Shown here piece after piece: positions 1 to 7,584 of a stretch of DNA of 32,000 nt. The stretch comes from Candidatus Saccharimonadota bacterium. Lineage in GTDB: Archaea; Nanobdellota; Nanobdellia; Pacearchaeales; GW2011-AR1. The stretch is from positions 420,001 to 452,000 of the forward strand of contig JBAZYG010000001.1 in the NCBI GenBank assembly GCA_041659445.1. Reading direction: 5' to 3'. Under the pieces are notes generated by a model that ran no database searches, was not told the origin of the DNA, and worked only from the letters and a program-made list of their open reading frames with translations. The position numbers and the translations under genes are program-made. Each line of letters begins with the position of its first letter. Positions within the stretch are counted from its first letter, which is position 1.

Positions 1-303
1 GATTTAATTTTTTATAAAATAAAAAGTAAAATAATTCCAAACAGAAATCCAAAAAAACATTTTTTTATTTTAGAAAATCCCGAAGCTAAAACAGAATTAG
101 AAGATTTTGTGCTTTCTGGACAATTCTGCTCTCAATTTGATTTTGAAACAGATAGCTCAAACAATTTATACGGAGTTTATCTTCCAAAAGGCTCAGAATC
201 AGGATTAATTTATTTAAAAGAATTTAAATCAGAAATAGGTGATTTTGTTTTTATTCAGACTCCTTTAAATTATTTAGATAACTCTCTTGATTTGAAAAAT
301 TAA
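1..303 (+). CDS. 3' end of a CDS running off the left edge (hypothetical protein, last ~100 aa)
   Basis: Frame 1 is open from nt 1 to the TAA at 301-303. The track's M at 109 is a GTG inside this frame. No recognisable motif. Confidence 0.5.
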   Translation, partial: DLIFYKIKSKIIPNRNPKKHFFILENPEAKTELEDFVLSGQFCSQFDFETDSSNNLYGVYLPKGSESGLIYLKEFKSEIGDFVFIQTPLNYLDNSLDLKN

Positions 304-348
304 ATCCAAAATATTTTTATTTACTAGATTCTTGAATAATTAATAAAA

Positions 349-1107
349 ATGAAAAAAATTTATTTATACGGGATTTTAATTCTTGTTTTAGTTGTAATTG
401 CTTTGAATTATGGAAAGTTAGATAATTTTGTAATTAAACAACTTTCTGAAAATGAAAATTATGAAACAGGAGTTGTTGAAAGAATTGTTGATGGAGACAC
501 AATAAAAATAAACAATGAAAGTGTTCGATTACTTGGAATAAATTGTCCTGAAAAAGGTGAGAAATATTATTCAGAGGCAAAAGAGTTTTTAGGAAAAGAA
601 ATCTTAAACGAATCCGTTGAAATTCATTTTGGAGAAGATAAATATGATTTATACGGCAGAAAATTAGGTTATATATTTTACAAAAACCAAAACATAAATT
701 CTTTAGTTGTCAAAAACGGGTTTGCAAATCCTTATTTTCCTTCAGGAAAAAATTCTTATTATCCTGAATTTTTTTCTTCTTGGAATGAATGTTTAGAGAA
801 TGAATTGAACTTGTGTGAAAAATCACAAGACAAATGTTCAGAATGTATTATTTTAAAAGAATGGGGTACAAAAAACCAATTGGTGATTTTAAAAAATACT
901 TGTGATTTTTCGTGTGACTTAACAGGTTGGACAATAAAAGATGAAGGAAGGAAGAAATTCGTTTTTGAAAAAACAATTTTGGAAAAAAACTCAATTATTG
1001 AAATTTCTGCACAAGATTTTAATGAAACTTATGTTTGGACTAGTTCTGGTGATACTATTTATATAAGAGACAACCAAGGCAAGCTTGTTTTATGGGAAAA
1101 CTACTAA
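349..1107 (+). CDS. Secreted/anchored staphylococcal-type (SNase/thermonuclease) nuclease fused to a C-terminal lamin-tail-like domain
   Basis: ATG at 349. N-terminal hydrophobic anchor ILILVLVVIALNYG. SNase motifs VDGDTIKI, VRLLGINCPE and GRKLGYIF. The C-terminal ~90 aa (CIILKEW..GWTIKDEG..IYIRDNQGKLV) fits the LTD pattern. Confidence 0.85.
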   Translation: MKKIYLYGILILVLVVIALNYGKLDNFVIKQLSENENYETGVVERIVDGDTIKINNESVRLLGINCPEKGEKYYSEAKEFLGKEILNESVEIHFGEDKYDLYGRKLGYIFYKNQNINSLVVKNGFANPYFPSGKNSYYPEFFSSWNECLENELNLCEKSQDKCSECIILKEWGTKNQLVILKNTCDFSCDLTGWTIKDEGRKKFVFEKTILEKNSIIEISAQDFNETYVWTSSGDTIYIRDNQGKLVLWENY

Positions 1108-1135
1108 AATGTTTTTATTCTTGCAGAGACAAAGA

Positions 1136-1143
1136 TTTATAAA
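1136..1143 (+). promoter_or_regulatory. TATA box (TTTATAAA) for the 1170 gene
   Basis: Exact TTTATAAA octamer 26 nt upstream of the ATG at 1170. Other first genes in the window show the same geometry. Confidence 0.45.
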
Positions 1144-1169
1144 GAAAATCTCCTATAAAAAAGTATAAA

Positions 1170-2933
1170 ATGGAAGCAAAAAAATACCTTTTTCCAGTAA
1201 TGATTTTATTAAGTTTATTTTTGATTTGCTTTGTTAGTTCTGCCACAGAATTAACAATGTTTCATGTAAATTCTGTAGAAGATAATTCTAGTTTTATAGA
1301 TGACTCTTATGCAATGGATATGCAAAATGATTTCTTATATATTGGGGGCAATGTTCAAGGCTTTCAAATTGTTGATGTTTCTGATTCTGCAAATCCAGTT
1401 GTAACAGGATACTTGAATACTTTAAACGGAATAATTGATTTAAAAGTCCAAGGAAATTATGTTTATGCTGTTTCTCTTACTAGTCCTAGTGACTTGAATA
1501 TAATTGACATTTCTGATTCTGCAAATCCTGTAATTACAAACACAGTTACTTTAAACGGACAAGCTTCTGGAATAGATGTTGATTCTTTAGAAAGTTATGC
1601 TTATGTAGTTTATTCTGATAATTCAAATTTGGAAATAGTAAATCTTAGTGATAATTCAATAATAACTCCTTCATATGATTTAACAACAACTGCAAATGAT
1701 ATTTTAGTTGATGGAAATTATGCTTATGTTGTTTCAAGTGCTTCTGAATTAAAAATTTTAGATATTACTGATTTATCAAGCATTACTCAAGTTTCAATTT
1801 TAACAGATGACGGCACAACAGCATTGAATGGGGCTTGGTCAATTTTCAAAGAAGGAAATTACTTATATATTTTATCTTCAGAGGGTTTTGAAATAATTAA
1901 CGTCTCTGACCCTTTAACTCCAACTTTAATGAAAGCAGTTTACAAAACAGATGCAATTTTAAACAACCACGATGTTAACGGAATTTTTGTAAAAAATAAT
2001 ATGGTCTATCTTTCATTAACCTCTCCAACACAAGGAATTGTAGAAGAAATTTCTCTTTTAGGAATCCTTACTGTTGTTCCCCCATCACAAATTTTTTTAA
2101 TAATTGATTCAAGCACATCAAATAACATTTTATTAGATACTCCTCGTGAAATAATTGTAAATGGAAATTACGCTTTTGTAACATCCTCAGATTTAATATT
2201 AACAAAAACTGGATTGGAAGTTATAGGTATTGATGATTATACTCCTGTAATTGAAATTATTGCTCCAACTAATGCTACAACAATTTACCATAATGTTACA
2301 GCAGGTGCATTGAGTTTTGAATTTAAAGCAAAAATAACAGATGATTTTTCTGGAATAAAAAATGTAATATTTTCATTAAAAACACCAAATGGAGTGATTA
2401 CAAATTATCCTTTAACTTCTCTTGGAAATGATGAATATTCTGCAATTGTTTCATTGACTGCTTATGGAACTTATGAAGCAAGTTTTGAAGCAAATGATTT
2501 TGCAACAAGAGGAAAAACAGAATATACTACATTTACTATATCTGAACCTGTTGTATCTTCAGGTGGTGGTGGCGGTGGTGGAGGTTCTTGTTCATATAAT
2601 ATAAATTATGATTGGAAATGTTCTAGTTGGGGTGAATGTGTTGATGGAACTCAAACAAGAACTTGTAATAATTTAAATAATTGTGGAAGCACTTATGGAA
2701 GACCAGACACAGAACAAACATGTATTATTGAAATAATTCCTGAAACTGTGAACAACGCAACTGAAACAAATACTGCCGAGGGTGGAAGAGGATTAACAGG
2801 TGCAGTTATTGGTGGAACTTCAAGAGTATTTAGTTCTCCTTGGTTATACATACCGTTATTAGTTTTTGCAATTCTAATCGCTGGGTGGTTGTTGTTAGGA
2901 TTATTCAGAAAGAAAGACAAAAAGAAAAAATAA
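1170..2933 (+). CDS. Surface protein: LVIVD-repeat beta-propeller, Ig-like segment, Cys-rich module and C-terminal TM anchor
   Basis: Sec-type signal FPVMILLSLFLICFVSSA. Repeated LVIVD-type units (GNYVYAVS..LNIIDISDSANP; GNYAYVVSSASELKILDITD; GNYLYILSSEGFEIINVSDPLTP). Gly8 linker. Cys module CSYNINYDWKCSSWGECVDGTQTRTCNNLNNCG. C-terminal TM LYIPLLVFAILIAGWLLLGLF followed by RKKDKKKK. Confidence 0.85.
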   Translation: MEAKKYLFPVMILLSLFLICFVSSATELTMFHVNSVEDNSSFIDDSYAMDMQNDFLYIGGNVQGFQIVDVSDSANPVVTGYLNTLNGIIDLKVQGNYVYAVSLTSPSDLNIIDISDSANPVITNTVTLNGQASGIDVDSLESYAYVVYSDNSNLEIVNLSDNSIITPSYDLTTTANDILVDGNYAYVVSSASELKILDITDLSSITQVSILTDDGTTALNGAWSIFKEGNYLYILSSEGFEIINVSDPLTPTLMKAVYKTDAILNNHDVNGIFVKNNMVYLSLTSPTQGIVEEISLLGILTVVPPSQIFLIIDSSTSNNILLDTPREIIVNGNYAFVTSSDLILTKTGLEVIGIDDYTPVIEIIAPTNATTIYHNVTAGALSFEFKAKITDDFSGIKNVIFSLKTPNGVITNYPLTSLGNDEYSAIVSLTAYGTYEASFEANDFATRGKTEYTTFTISEPVVSSGGGGGGGGSCSYNINYDWKCSSWGECVDGTQTRTCNNLNNCGSTYGRPDTEQTCIIEIIPETVNNATETNTAEGGRGLTGAVIGGTSRVFSSPWLYIPLLVFAILIAGWLLLGLFRKKDKKKK

Positions 2934-2992
2934 AAATAAATTTTCTTGATGATTATTATACTAGAACATATATATTGGAGTATATAGATTAA

Positions 2993-3754
2993 TTATTTAT
3001 TTTTCAGAATTTCTTGAATCTTGTTTTTAAAATCTTCAATATTCATTTTTTTAATGTCGCTCTCCCATAACCTAATAACTTTAAATCCTTTTTCTTGTAA
3101 TTCATTTGTCCTCACATTATCTATTTCTCTACCTAAAGGATATTTGTGCCAATAATTTCCATCAACTTCTATTATTAAATTTAAATTTGAAATTAAAATA
3201 TCACATTGATAACCATGCTCAATTTCTTTTATATATTTATGAGTAATAAATTCTATATTTAATTGCTTTAAAAAATTTTGAATTTTAATTTCTGGTTTAG
3301 AATCTTTTAAAGGAAAAATTTGTTTAATCCTTTGATTTTTAATTTTTAAGATTGTCTCTTTTGAATGATGTTTTCCAAACATAGGATGTTTTTCTCCAGA
3401 AATTTCAGGAATTTTCTTTCCTTTATTCCATACATTTTCTCCTTCAAATCTTTTCTTTTGAGAAATACTCATTTTTTTTCTTACTTCTGAACTTAATAAA
3501 GTTTTCATTAAAGATATTTTTTGTTTTTCTATTGTTTCCTTAGAAGGATGCTTTCCAGTCATCCAAGAAGGTTTACCTGTTTTTTTACCTTTATTGCTGG
3601 GAACACTACCTTTCTTAAAAATACCTTTAAATCCACTCGGAAAATATTTTTTATATTCTTCCCCTTTTAATCCTTTATTCCAAGGTATACTGCCTTTTTT
3701 GAATTCTGTTTTTGAAGAAGAACGTTCTCCTTTCTTGAATTTAGTATCTATCAT
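2993..3754 (-). CDS. Free-standing endonuclease: NUMOD3-like DNA-binding repeats plus a Vsr/DUF559-type PD-(D/E)xK nuclease domain (homing-endonuclease-like)
   Basis: ATG at 3754. Three FKKG-x-x-P(W/S)NKG basic repeats. Two NUMOD3-like units (GKHPSKETIEKQKISL; GKHHSKETILKIKNQ). C-terminal core YQCDILI..NLIIEVDGNYWH..NELQEKGFKVIRLWE. Confidence 0.75.
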   Translation of the reverse strand: MIDTKFKKGERSSSKTEFKKGSIPWNKGLKGEEYKKYFPSGFKGIFKKGSVPSNKGKKTGKPSWMTGKHPSKETIEKQKISLMKTLLSSEVRKKMSISQKKRFEGENVWNKGKKIPEISGEKHPMFGKHHSKETILKIKNQRIKQIFPLKDSKPEIKIQNFLKQLNIEFITHKYIKEIEHGYQCDILISNLNLIIEVDGNYWHKYPLGREIDNVRTNELQEKGFKVIRLWESDIKKMNIEDFKNKIQEILKNK

Positions 3755-3864
3755 AAAGAATCAAAGAACCTTGAATTTATAATTTTTCTTAAATTTAAAA
3801 TAAAACTAAACTACATCCCAACAATCTTAATAAATAAGAAAATCTAATTTTAAATAGAATAAAA

Positions 3865-4278
3865 ATGGAACCTCAAAAAACTGAAATTTCAGGAGATAGA
3901 TTGGGAGATATTGAAACTTTTGTAAGAATAAAAAGTATTCTTATTGATTTTCTGAGAGGGTATCCTGCATGGAAATATTATGGAATTTTTGAATCTTATT
4001 TTAACCCCGAAATAGCAAAGGAAATTATTGAACAATTAAAGCAGGATGAAATCATAAAACTTTGGGAATTAGATGTAAAGGGCAAAAAAGTTATTGGTTA
4101 TTCACTTACTGGTAAAGGTGCTCAACTTGCTTCTTCTTTGAGAACACATTTTGGGATAGTTAAATTAAATAAGGTCATAATTAGATTAACAAAAATATTG
4201 GGTATCCTTGCAGGAATGACAATCCTCGTTGGTTTAGCTCAATATATTTTATTTTATACACAATTTCCTTTGTTTTAA
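3865..4278 (+). CDS. Small winged-helix-like protein with a C-terminal transmembrane helix
   Basis: ATG at 3865. wHTH-like segment IIEQLKQDEIIKLWELDVKGKKVIGYSLTGKGAQLA. C-terminal TM ILGILAGMTILVGLAQYILFY. Confidence 0.6.
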   Translation: MEPQKTEISGDRLGDIETFVRIKSILIDFLRGYPAWKYYGIFESYFNPEIAKEIIEQLKQDEIIKLWELDVKGKKVIGYSLTGKGAQLASSLRTHFGIVKLNKVIIRLTKILGILAGMTILVGLAQYILFYTQFPLF

Positions 4279-4300
4279 CTTCCCCTTCTCCCAACATCGC

Positions 4301-4312
4301 AAAACTTAAATA
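4301..4312 (+). promoter_or_regulatory. BRE/TATA-like element for the SRP RNA gene
   Basis: AAAACTTAAATA ends 21 nt before the predicted RNA 5' end at 4334. Confidence 0.4.
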
Positions 4313-4333
4313 CTCAAAACATATTGGTTTTTT

Positions 4334-4595
4334 GTAGACTAGATCGGCAGGTTAGCCCCCTGCTCATGTGCAAACGGGCTTTATGGCAGACTACGAGTGG
4401 AGTGTGATTGAGAAGTCAGGAAGTCTTTAATCTAACGTTGACGTTTTGTCCGCTTTGATCTTGTAGATGCAAAACGGGTCAGGCCTTGATCGGAGCAGCC
4501 CTAAACATGTATTAAGGTGCTTAGCGGGTCACAAAATCGAGAAGGATTAAGGGTAAGCTTTTTGGTTTTTCTTGAGCTGTCCACTTTGTCTACAC
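4334..4595 (+). ncRNA. Signal recognition particle RNA (archaeal 7S/SRP RNA)
   Basis: Only GC-rich island in an AT-rich window, and it has no ORF. 5' GTAGAC (4334-4339) is complementary to 3' GTCTAC (4588-4593), which would form the terminal helix. A helix-8-like conserved stretch GGGUCAGGCC..GGAGCAGCC lies at 4476-4500. An oligo-T tract follows directly. The ends are approximate. Confidence 0.8.
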
Positions 4596-4604
4596 TTATT
4601 TTTT
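4596..4604 (+). terminator. Oligo-T archaeal terminator after the SRP RNA
   Basis: TTATTTTTT (T6 at 4599-4604) lies immediately after the closing helix. Confidence 0.4.
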
Positions 4605-4613
4605 ATAAGAAAA

Positions 4614-4784
4614 TTAATAGTTATAAAAATTATTACATTGATATGGTGGAGAATAAACTCTTTTTTCTATTGGTTTAATGGGATATTGTTTGATTAATTT
4701 CATTGATTCCTCTAATTTTTTAAGTTCTTTTTCTGCTTTTTTCCATCTTTCACAATTTCCTAATTGTTTATCAAGATTTGTCAT
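4614..4784 (-). CDS. Small hypothetical protein (56 aa, Lys/Glu-rich helix)
   Basis: The track ORF 4614..4829 is trimmed to the ATG at 4784 (MTNLDKQLGN..). That ATG sits in a TAAAATG junction with the upstream gene. Confidence 0.5.
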   Translation of the reverse strand: MTNLDKQLGNCERWKKAEKELKKLEESMKLIKQYPIKPIEKRVYSPPYQCNNFYNY

Positions 4785-4785
4785 T

Positions 4786-4995
4786 TTATTTTCCAAAATA
4801 ATCTCTTGCACAAACAAGACCATAAACAATTTTGTTTTTCCAGGTTTCTGGTTTTAAATTGAACTCTAATTTTTCTCTAAAAGTCATATTTGAAGTATCT
4901 AAAGCAACTTCCAAAGAAGTTTTGTCCAAAGCTGAATTAATTGTTTTTTCGTCTTTTAATCTTCCAAGATAAAGGTATTGGTTTTTGTCTGTCAT
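4786..4995 (-). CDS. Small hypothetical protein (69 aa)
   Basis: ATG at 4995 lies in a TAAAATG junction with the 4997 gene. No motif recognised. Confidence 0.5.
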   Translation of the reverse strand: MTDKNQYLYLGRLKDEKTINSALDKTSLEVALDTSNMTFREKLEFNLKPETWKNKIVYGLVCARDYFGK

Positions 4996-4996
4996 T

Positions 4997-5401
4997 TTAA
5001 CTTATTTTAATTTTTTCCAAAAAAATATTATAAAAAGAAACCAATGCATTTGATTCTTCTGTGAAAGGAAAAATTACACAAGTTCCTGCATCACACCGTC
5101 TATTTTCCCAAGTTCCTTCATAAAATTTAGTATCTTCCACTCCAAACTTCCAAATTAGATTGTAATTTAAGATAACTTCAGAGCCACCATTTTTTATTGC
5201 TTGCTTATTATATTTTTTTCTAAAATTAAAGCTTTTTTTATCATTTAATGCTCCAAAAAATTCTGCTTCTCCAAATTTATCGATTAATGTTCCTTTTAAT
5301 TTTTTTCCATTTTGCTCTATAATTTTCCCAAAGAAAATGCTACTATCTCTTCCAAGTTCATAATTCCAAAATCCATAAAAGTCGGGTTTTTCATTATTCA
5401 T
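4997..5401 (-). CDS. Hypothetical protein (134 aa)
   Basis: Trimmed to the ATG at 5401 (MNNEKPDFYGFWNYELG..). An AT-rich TATA-like stretch lies upstream. The longer track start would overlap the divergent promoter region. No motif recognised. Confidence 0.55.
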   Translation of the reverse strand: MNNEKPDFYGFWNYELGRDSSIFFGKIIEQNGKKLKGTLIDKFGEAEFFGALNDKKSFNFRKKYNKQAIKNGGSEVILNYNLIWKFGVEDTKFYEGTWENRRCDAGTCVIFPFTEESNALVSFYNIFLEKIKIS

Positions 5402-5494
5402 ATTTTGAAAAACAAAATACAATTTAAAAATATAATTATACTTCAAAATATACTTCTTCACAATATTAATAAACTTATTTTTTGTATTTATTAT

Positions 5495-6031
5495 ATGAAA
5501 AAAAGAGGAAAGGGCGGTCAGTTTTATCTTGTTGCTGCAATGATTGTTATTGCAGTTATTATTGGAATTTCTTCAATTTCAAATTACTCAAACAAATCAA
5601 AAGCAGACAAAGAAATGAAAAATTTTGAACAAGAATTAAACACTGAAGTTGAAAAAAATTTAGAATACATAAGTTTGAATTCTTTATCAGACAGTTCAAC
5701 AAAAAATCTTTGGATAAATCTTACAGATAACTATATTACAAAATTAGGAAAAAACAAAGAATCAATTTTTATTTTTGGAACAAAATCACAAATAACTGTC
5801 AAAGGATACAAACTGAATAATTCAAATGATTTGCAAATTAACGTCGGAAGTGGTGTTGAAAGTTTAGCAAGTTCAGAAGGAGAATTTGAAAGGGATTTTA
5901 ATCCGAGTGTTGAAAACGTGACAATTATAAAAGAAAATATTGAATATGTTTTTGATTTAAAGCAAGGACAAAATTTTTATTATCTGATTTCCAAAGAATA
6001 TAATTCAGAGAGAATAATTATAAGAAACTAA
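5495..6031 (+). CDS. Prepilin-like protein P1 (class III signal peptide, Gln at +1)
   Basis: Trimmed to the ATG at 5495. N-terminus MKKRGKGG|QFYLVAAMIVIAVIIGISSI. The track's 5312 start is an antisense overlap with the 4997 gene. Confidence 0.7.
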   Translation: MKKRGKGGQFYLVAAMIVIAVIIGISSISNYSNKSKADKEMKNFEQELNTEVEKNLEYISLNSLSDSSTKNLWINLTDNYITKLGKNKESIFIFGTKSQITVKGYKLNNSNDLQINVGSGVESLASSEGEFERDFNPSVENVTIIKENIEYVFDLKQGQNFYYLISKEYNSERIIIRN

Positions 6032-6032
6032 C

Positions 6033-6551
6033 ATGAAAAATAAAAAAGGTGTGAGCGTGATGATTGGTTATGTTTTGCTAGTTGCATTAGTAGTAGTCAT
6101 GGCTGGAATAGTTTATGTTTATTTGAGAACTTATATTCCAAAAGACTTGCCTGCATGCCCTGAAGAAACTTCATTATTCATAAAAGAAAAATCTTGCTCA
6201 AACGGAATTTTAAATATAACTATAAAAAATAATGGCAAATTCAGCGTCGGAGGTTATTATATTTATGCTTCAAATGTTTCAAGTGCAGAAATTGCAACAA
6301 TAGATTTGTCAAAGCAATTAAATTCTGGAATTGATAATCAATATACTTATTTCAATTCTGTAATTTTTAATATAAGCACTAACAATACTCTTGATCCTGG
6401 AAATGAAATTATAAATAGTTTTGATTTAAATCAATCAATAAATTTCATTGAAATAATTCCTGCGAGGTTTGAATCACAAGGAAAAAATGTCAAATTAGTT
6501 AGTTGTGGAAATTCAAGAATAAAAGAAATTGTAACTTGCTTGATTGTATAA
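6033..6551 (+). CDS. Archaeal type IV pilin-like protein P2
   Basis: N-terminus MKNKKG|VSVMIGYVLLVALVVVMAGIVYVYL, an archaeal pilin N-terminal pattern. Confidence 0.75.
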   Translation: MKNKKGVSVMIGYVLLVALVVVMAGIVYVYLRTYIPKDLPACPEETSLFIKEKSCSNGILNITIKNNGKFSVGGYYIYASNVSSAEIATIDLSKQLNSGIDNQYTYFNSVIFNISTNNTLDPGNEIINSFDLNQSINFIEIIPARFESQGKNVKLVSCGNSRIKEIVTCLIV

Positions 6552-6553
6552 TA

Positions 6554-6561
6554 TTTAAAAA
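6554..6561 (+). promoter_or_regulatory. TATA-like box internal to the pilin cluster, upstream of P3
   Basis: TTTAAAAA(TATA) lies 21 nt upstream of the ATG at 6583, in the only sizeable gap (31 nt) among P1-P4. Confidence 0.35.
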
Positions 6562-6582
6562 TATAGAAGATTTAGAATAAAA

Positions 6583-7041
6583 ATGAACAAAAGAGGTTTG
6601 TCATCAGTTATTGCAACAATGCTTTTAATTACAATAACAATTGTCATTGCATTAATTGTATTTTTATGGTTTAGAGGAATTCAAGAAGAAGCAATTACAA
6701 AATTCGACGGAGTTAATGTAAAAGTAATCTGCGATGAAGTTCAATTTGATGCAGATTATTCTAATGGAGCAATGTATATTGTTAATACAGGAGATGTTCC
6801 AATTTATAAAATGGAAATAAAAGAAGTTGGTGAAGGATATTATGAAACACAAACTCTTGAAAATAATTGGCCAGAATTAGGATTGACACAAGGTGGAGCT
6901 TTTCAAGGAAATTATGCTCCTTTAGGTGAATCTTATTCTATAGAAAGAATTGTTTTAATTCCTGTTTTAATTGGCCACACTGAACAAGGAGATACAATCT
7001 ATACATGCGATGAAAAAAATGGTTATGAAATAATTTTATAA
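6583..7041 (+). CDS. Archaeal type IV pilin-like protein P3 (candidate major pilin)
   Basis: N-terminus MNKRG|LSSVIATMLLITITIVIALIVFLWF is a close match to the archaeal Pilin_N/DUF1628 pattern. It has its own TATA-like box. Confidence 0.8.
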   Translation: MNKRGLSSVIATMLLITITIVIALIVFLWFRGIQEEAITKFDGVNVKVICDEVQFDADYSNGAMYIVNTGDVPIYKMEIKEVGEGYYETQTLENNWPELGLTQGGAFQGNYAPLGESYSIERIVLIPVLIGHTEQGDTIYTCDEKNGYEIIL

Positions 7042-7042
7042 A

Positions 7043-7537
7043 ATGAAAAATAAAAAGGCATTATCTCAAGTTGTTTCAATAATGATCATTCTTCTTTTAG
7101 TTTTTGCTGTTGGTGGAATTGTTTTTGTTTTTGTAAAAAATTTTGCAAATAAAAACCTCAATAAAACAAGTTCTTGTTACAACATTTACGAAAAAATTAC
7201 ATTAAATAATGATTTTACTTGTTATAATTCAACTGGGCAATATGTTCAATTTTCAATTTCTAGAAAAGAAATAGAATTAGACTCTTTAATAATTTCAATC
7301 ACATTCGAGGAAAATTCAAAAACTTATTCTTTGACAAATCTTTCACAAAATGTTAGTGGATTAAGTTCTTCTCTAAATGGTGAATTTGCTGTCAATCTTC
7401 CTGGAGAAAATAGTGGAAAACCATATTATGCAACAAACATTACTGAGCAACCTTTAACAATTGAAATTGCTCCAATAATTAACAATCATAATTGCAACAA
7501 GATTGACGAAATTTTAGATATTCCTATTTGTTTTTGA
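7043..7537 (+). CDS. Archaeal type IV pilin-like protein P4
   Basis: N-terminus MKNKKA|LSQVVSIMIILLLVFAVGGIVFVFV. TAAAATG junction with P3. Confidence 0.75.
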   Translation: MKNKKALSQVVSIMIILLLVFAVGGIVFVFVKNFANKNLNKTSSCYNIYEKITLNNDFTCYNSTGQYVQFSISRKEIELDSLIISITFEENSKTYSLTNLSQNVSGLSSSLNGEFAVNLPGENSGKPYYATNITEQPLTIEIAPIINNHNCNKIDEILDIPICF

Positions 7538-7584
7538 ATATTAAACATTAACTATTTAAATAAAAAATAATTCTTTATTAGGAG

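Noticed and set aside
2562-2585. A GGT/GGC-rich tract as a possible G-quadruplex or slippage-prone phase-variation site.
   Set aside because: It is in frame and encodes a Gly8 linker between the Ig-like and Cys-rich parts of the LVIVD protein. The codons are mixed (GGT/GGC/GGA) rather than a perfect repeat, so slippage is unlikely.
4334-4595. Alternative identities for the GC-rich RNA, such as RNase P RNA, a tRNA cluster or a riboswitch.
   Set aside because: It lacks the RNase P universal GAGGAAAGUCC-type motif and tRNA-like T-loop/acceptor patterns. The size, the 5'/3' terminal pairing and the GUCAGGCC..GGAGCAGCC motif fit SRP RNA.
4614-4995. Overlapping ORFs 4614-4829 and 4786-4995 as a possible frameshifted pseudogene.
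   Set aside because: Trimming the downstream ORF to its ATG at 4784 produces a clean TAAAATG junction like twelve others. Two small coupled genes is the simpler reading.
5312-5494. N-terminal 61-aa extension of the first prepilin-like ORF (track start 5312).
   Set aside because: The extension is antisense to the 4997-5401 gene and has a junk-like composition. The ATG at 5495 gives a canonical class III signal (MKKRGKGG|QFYL..).
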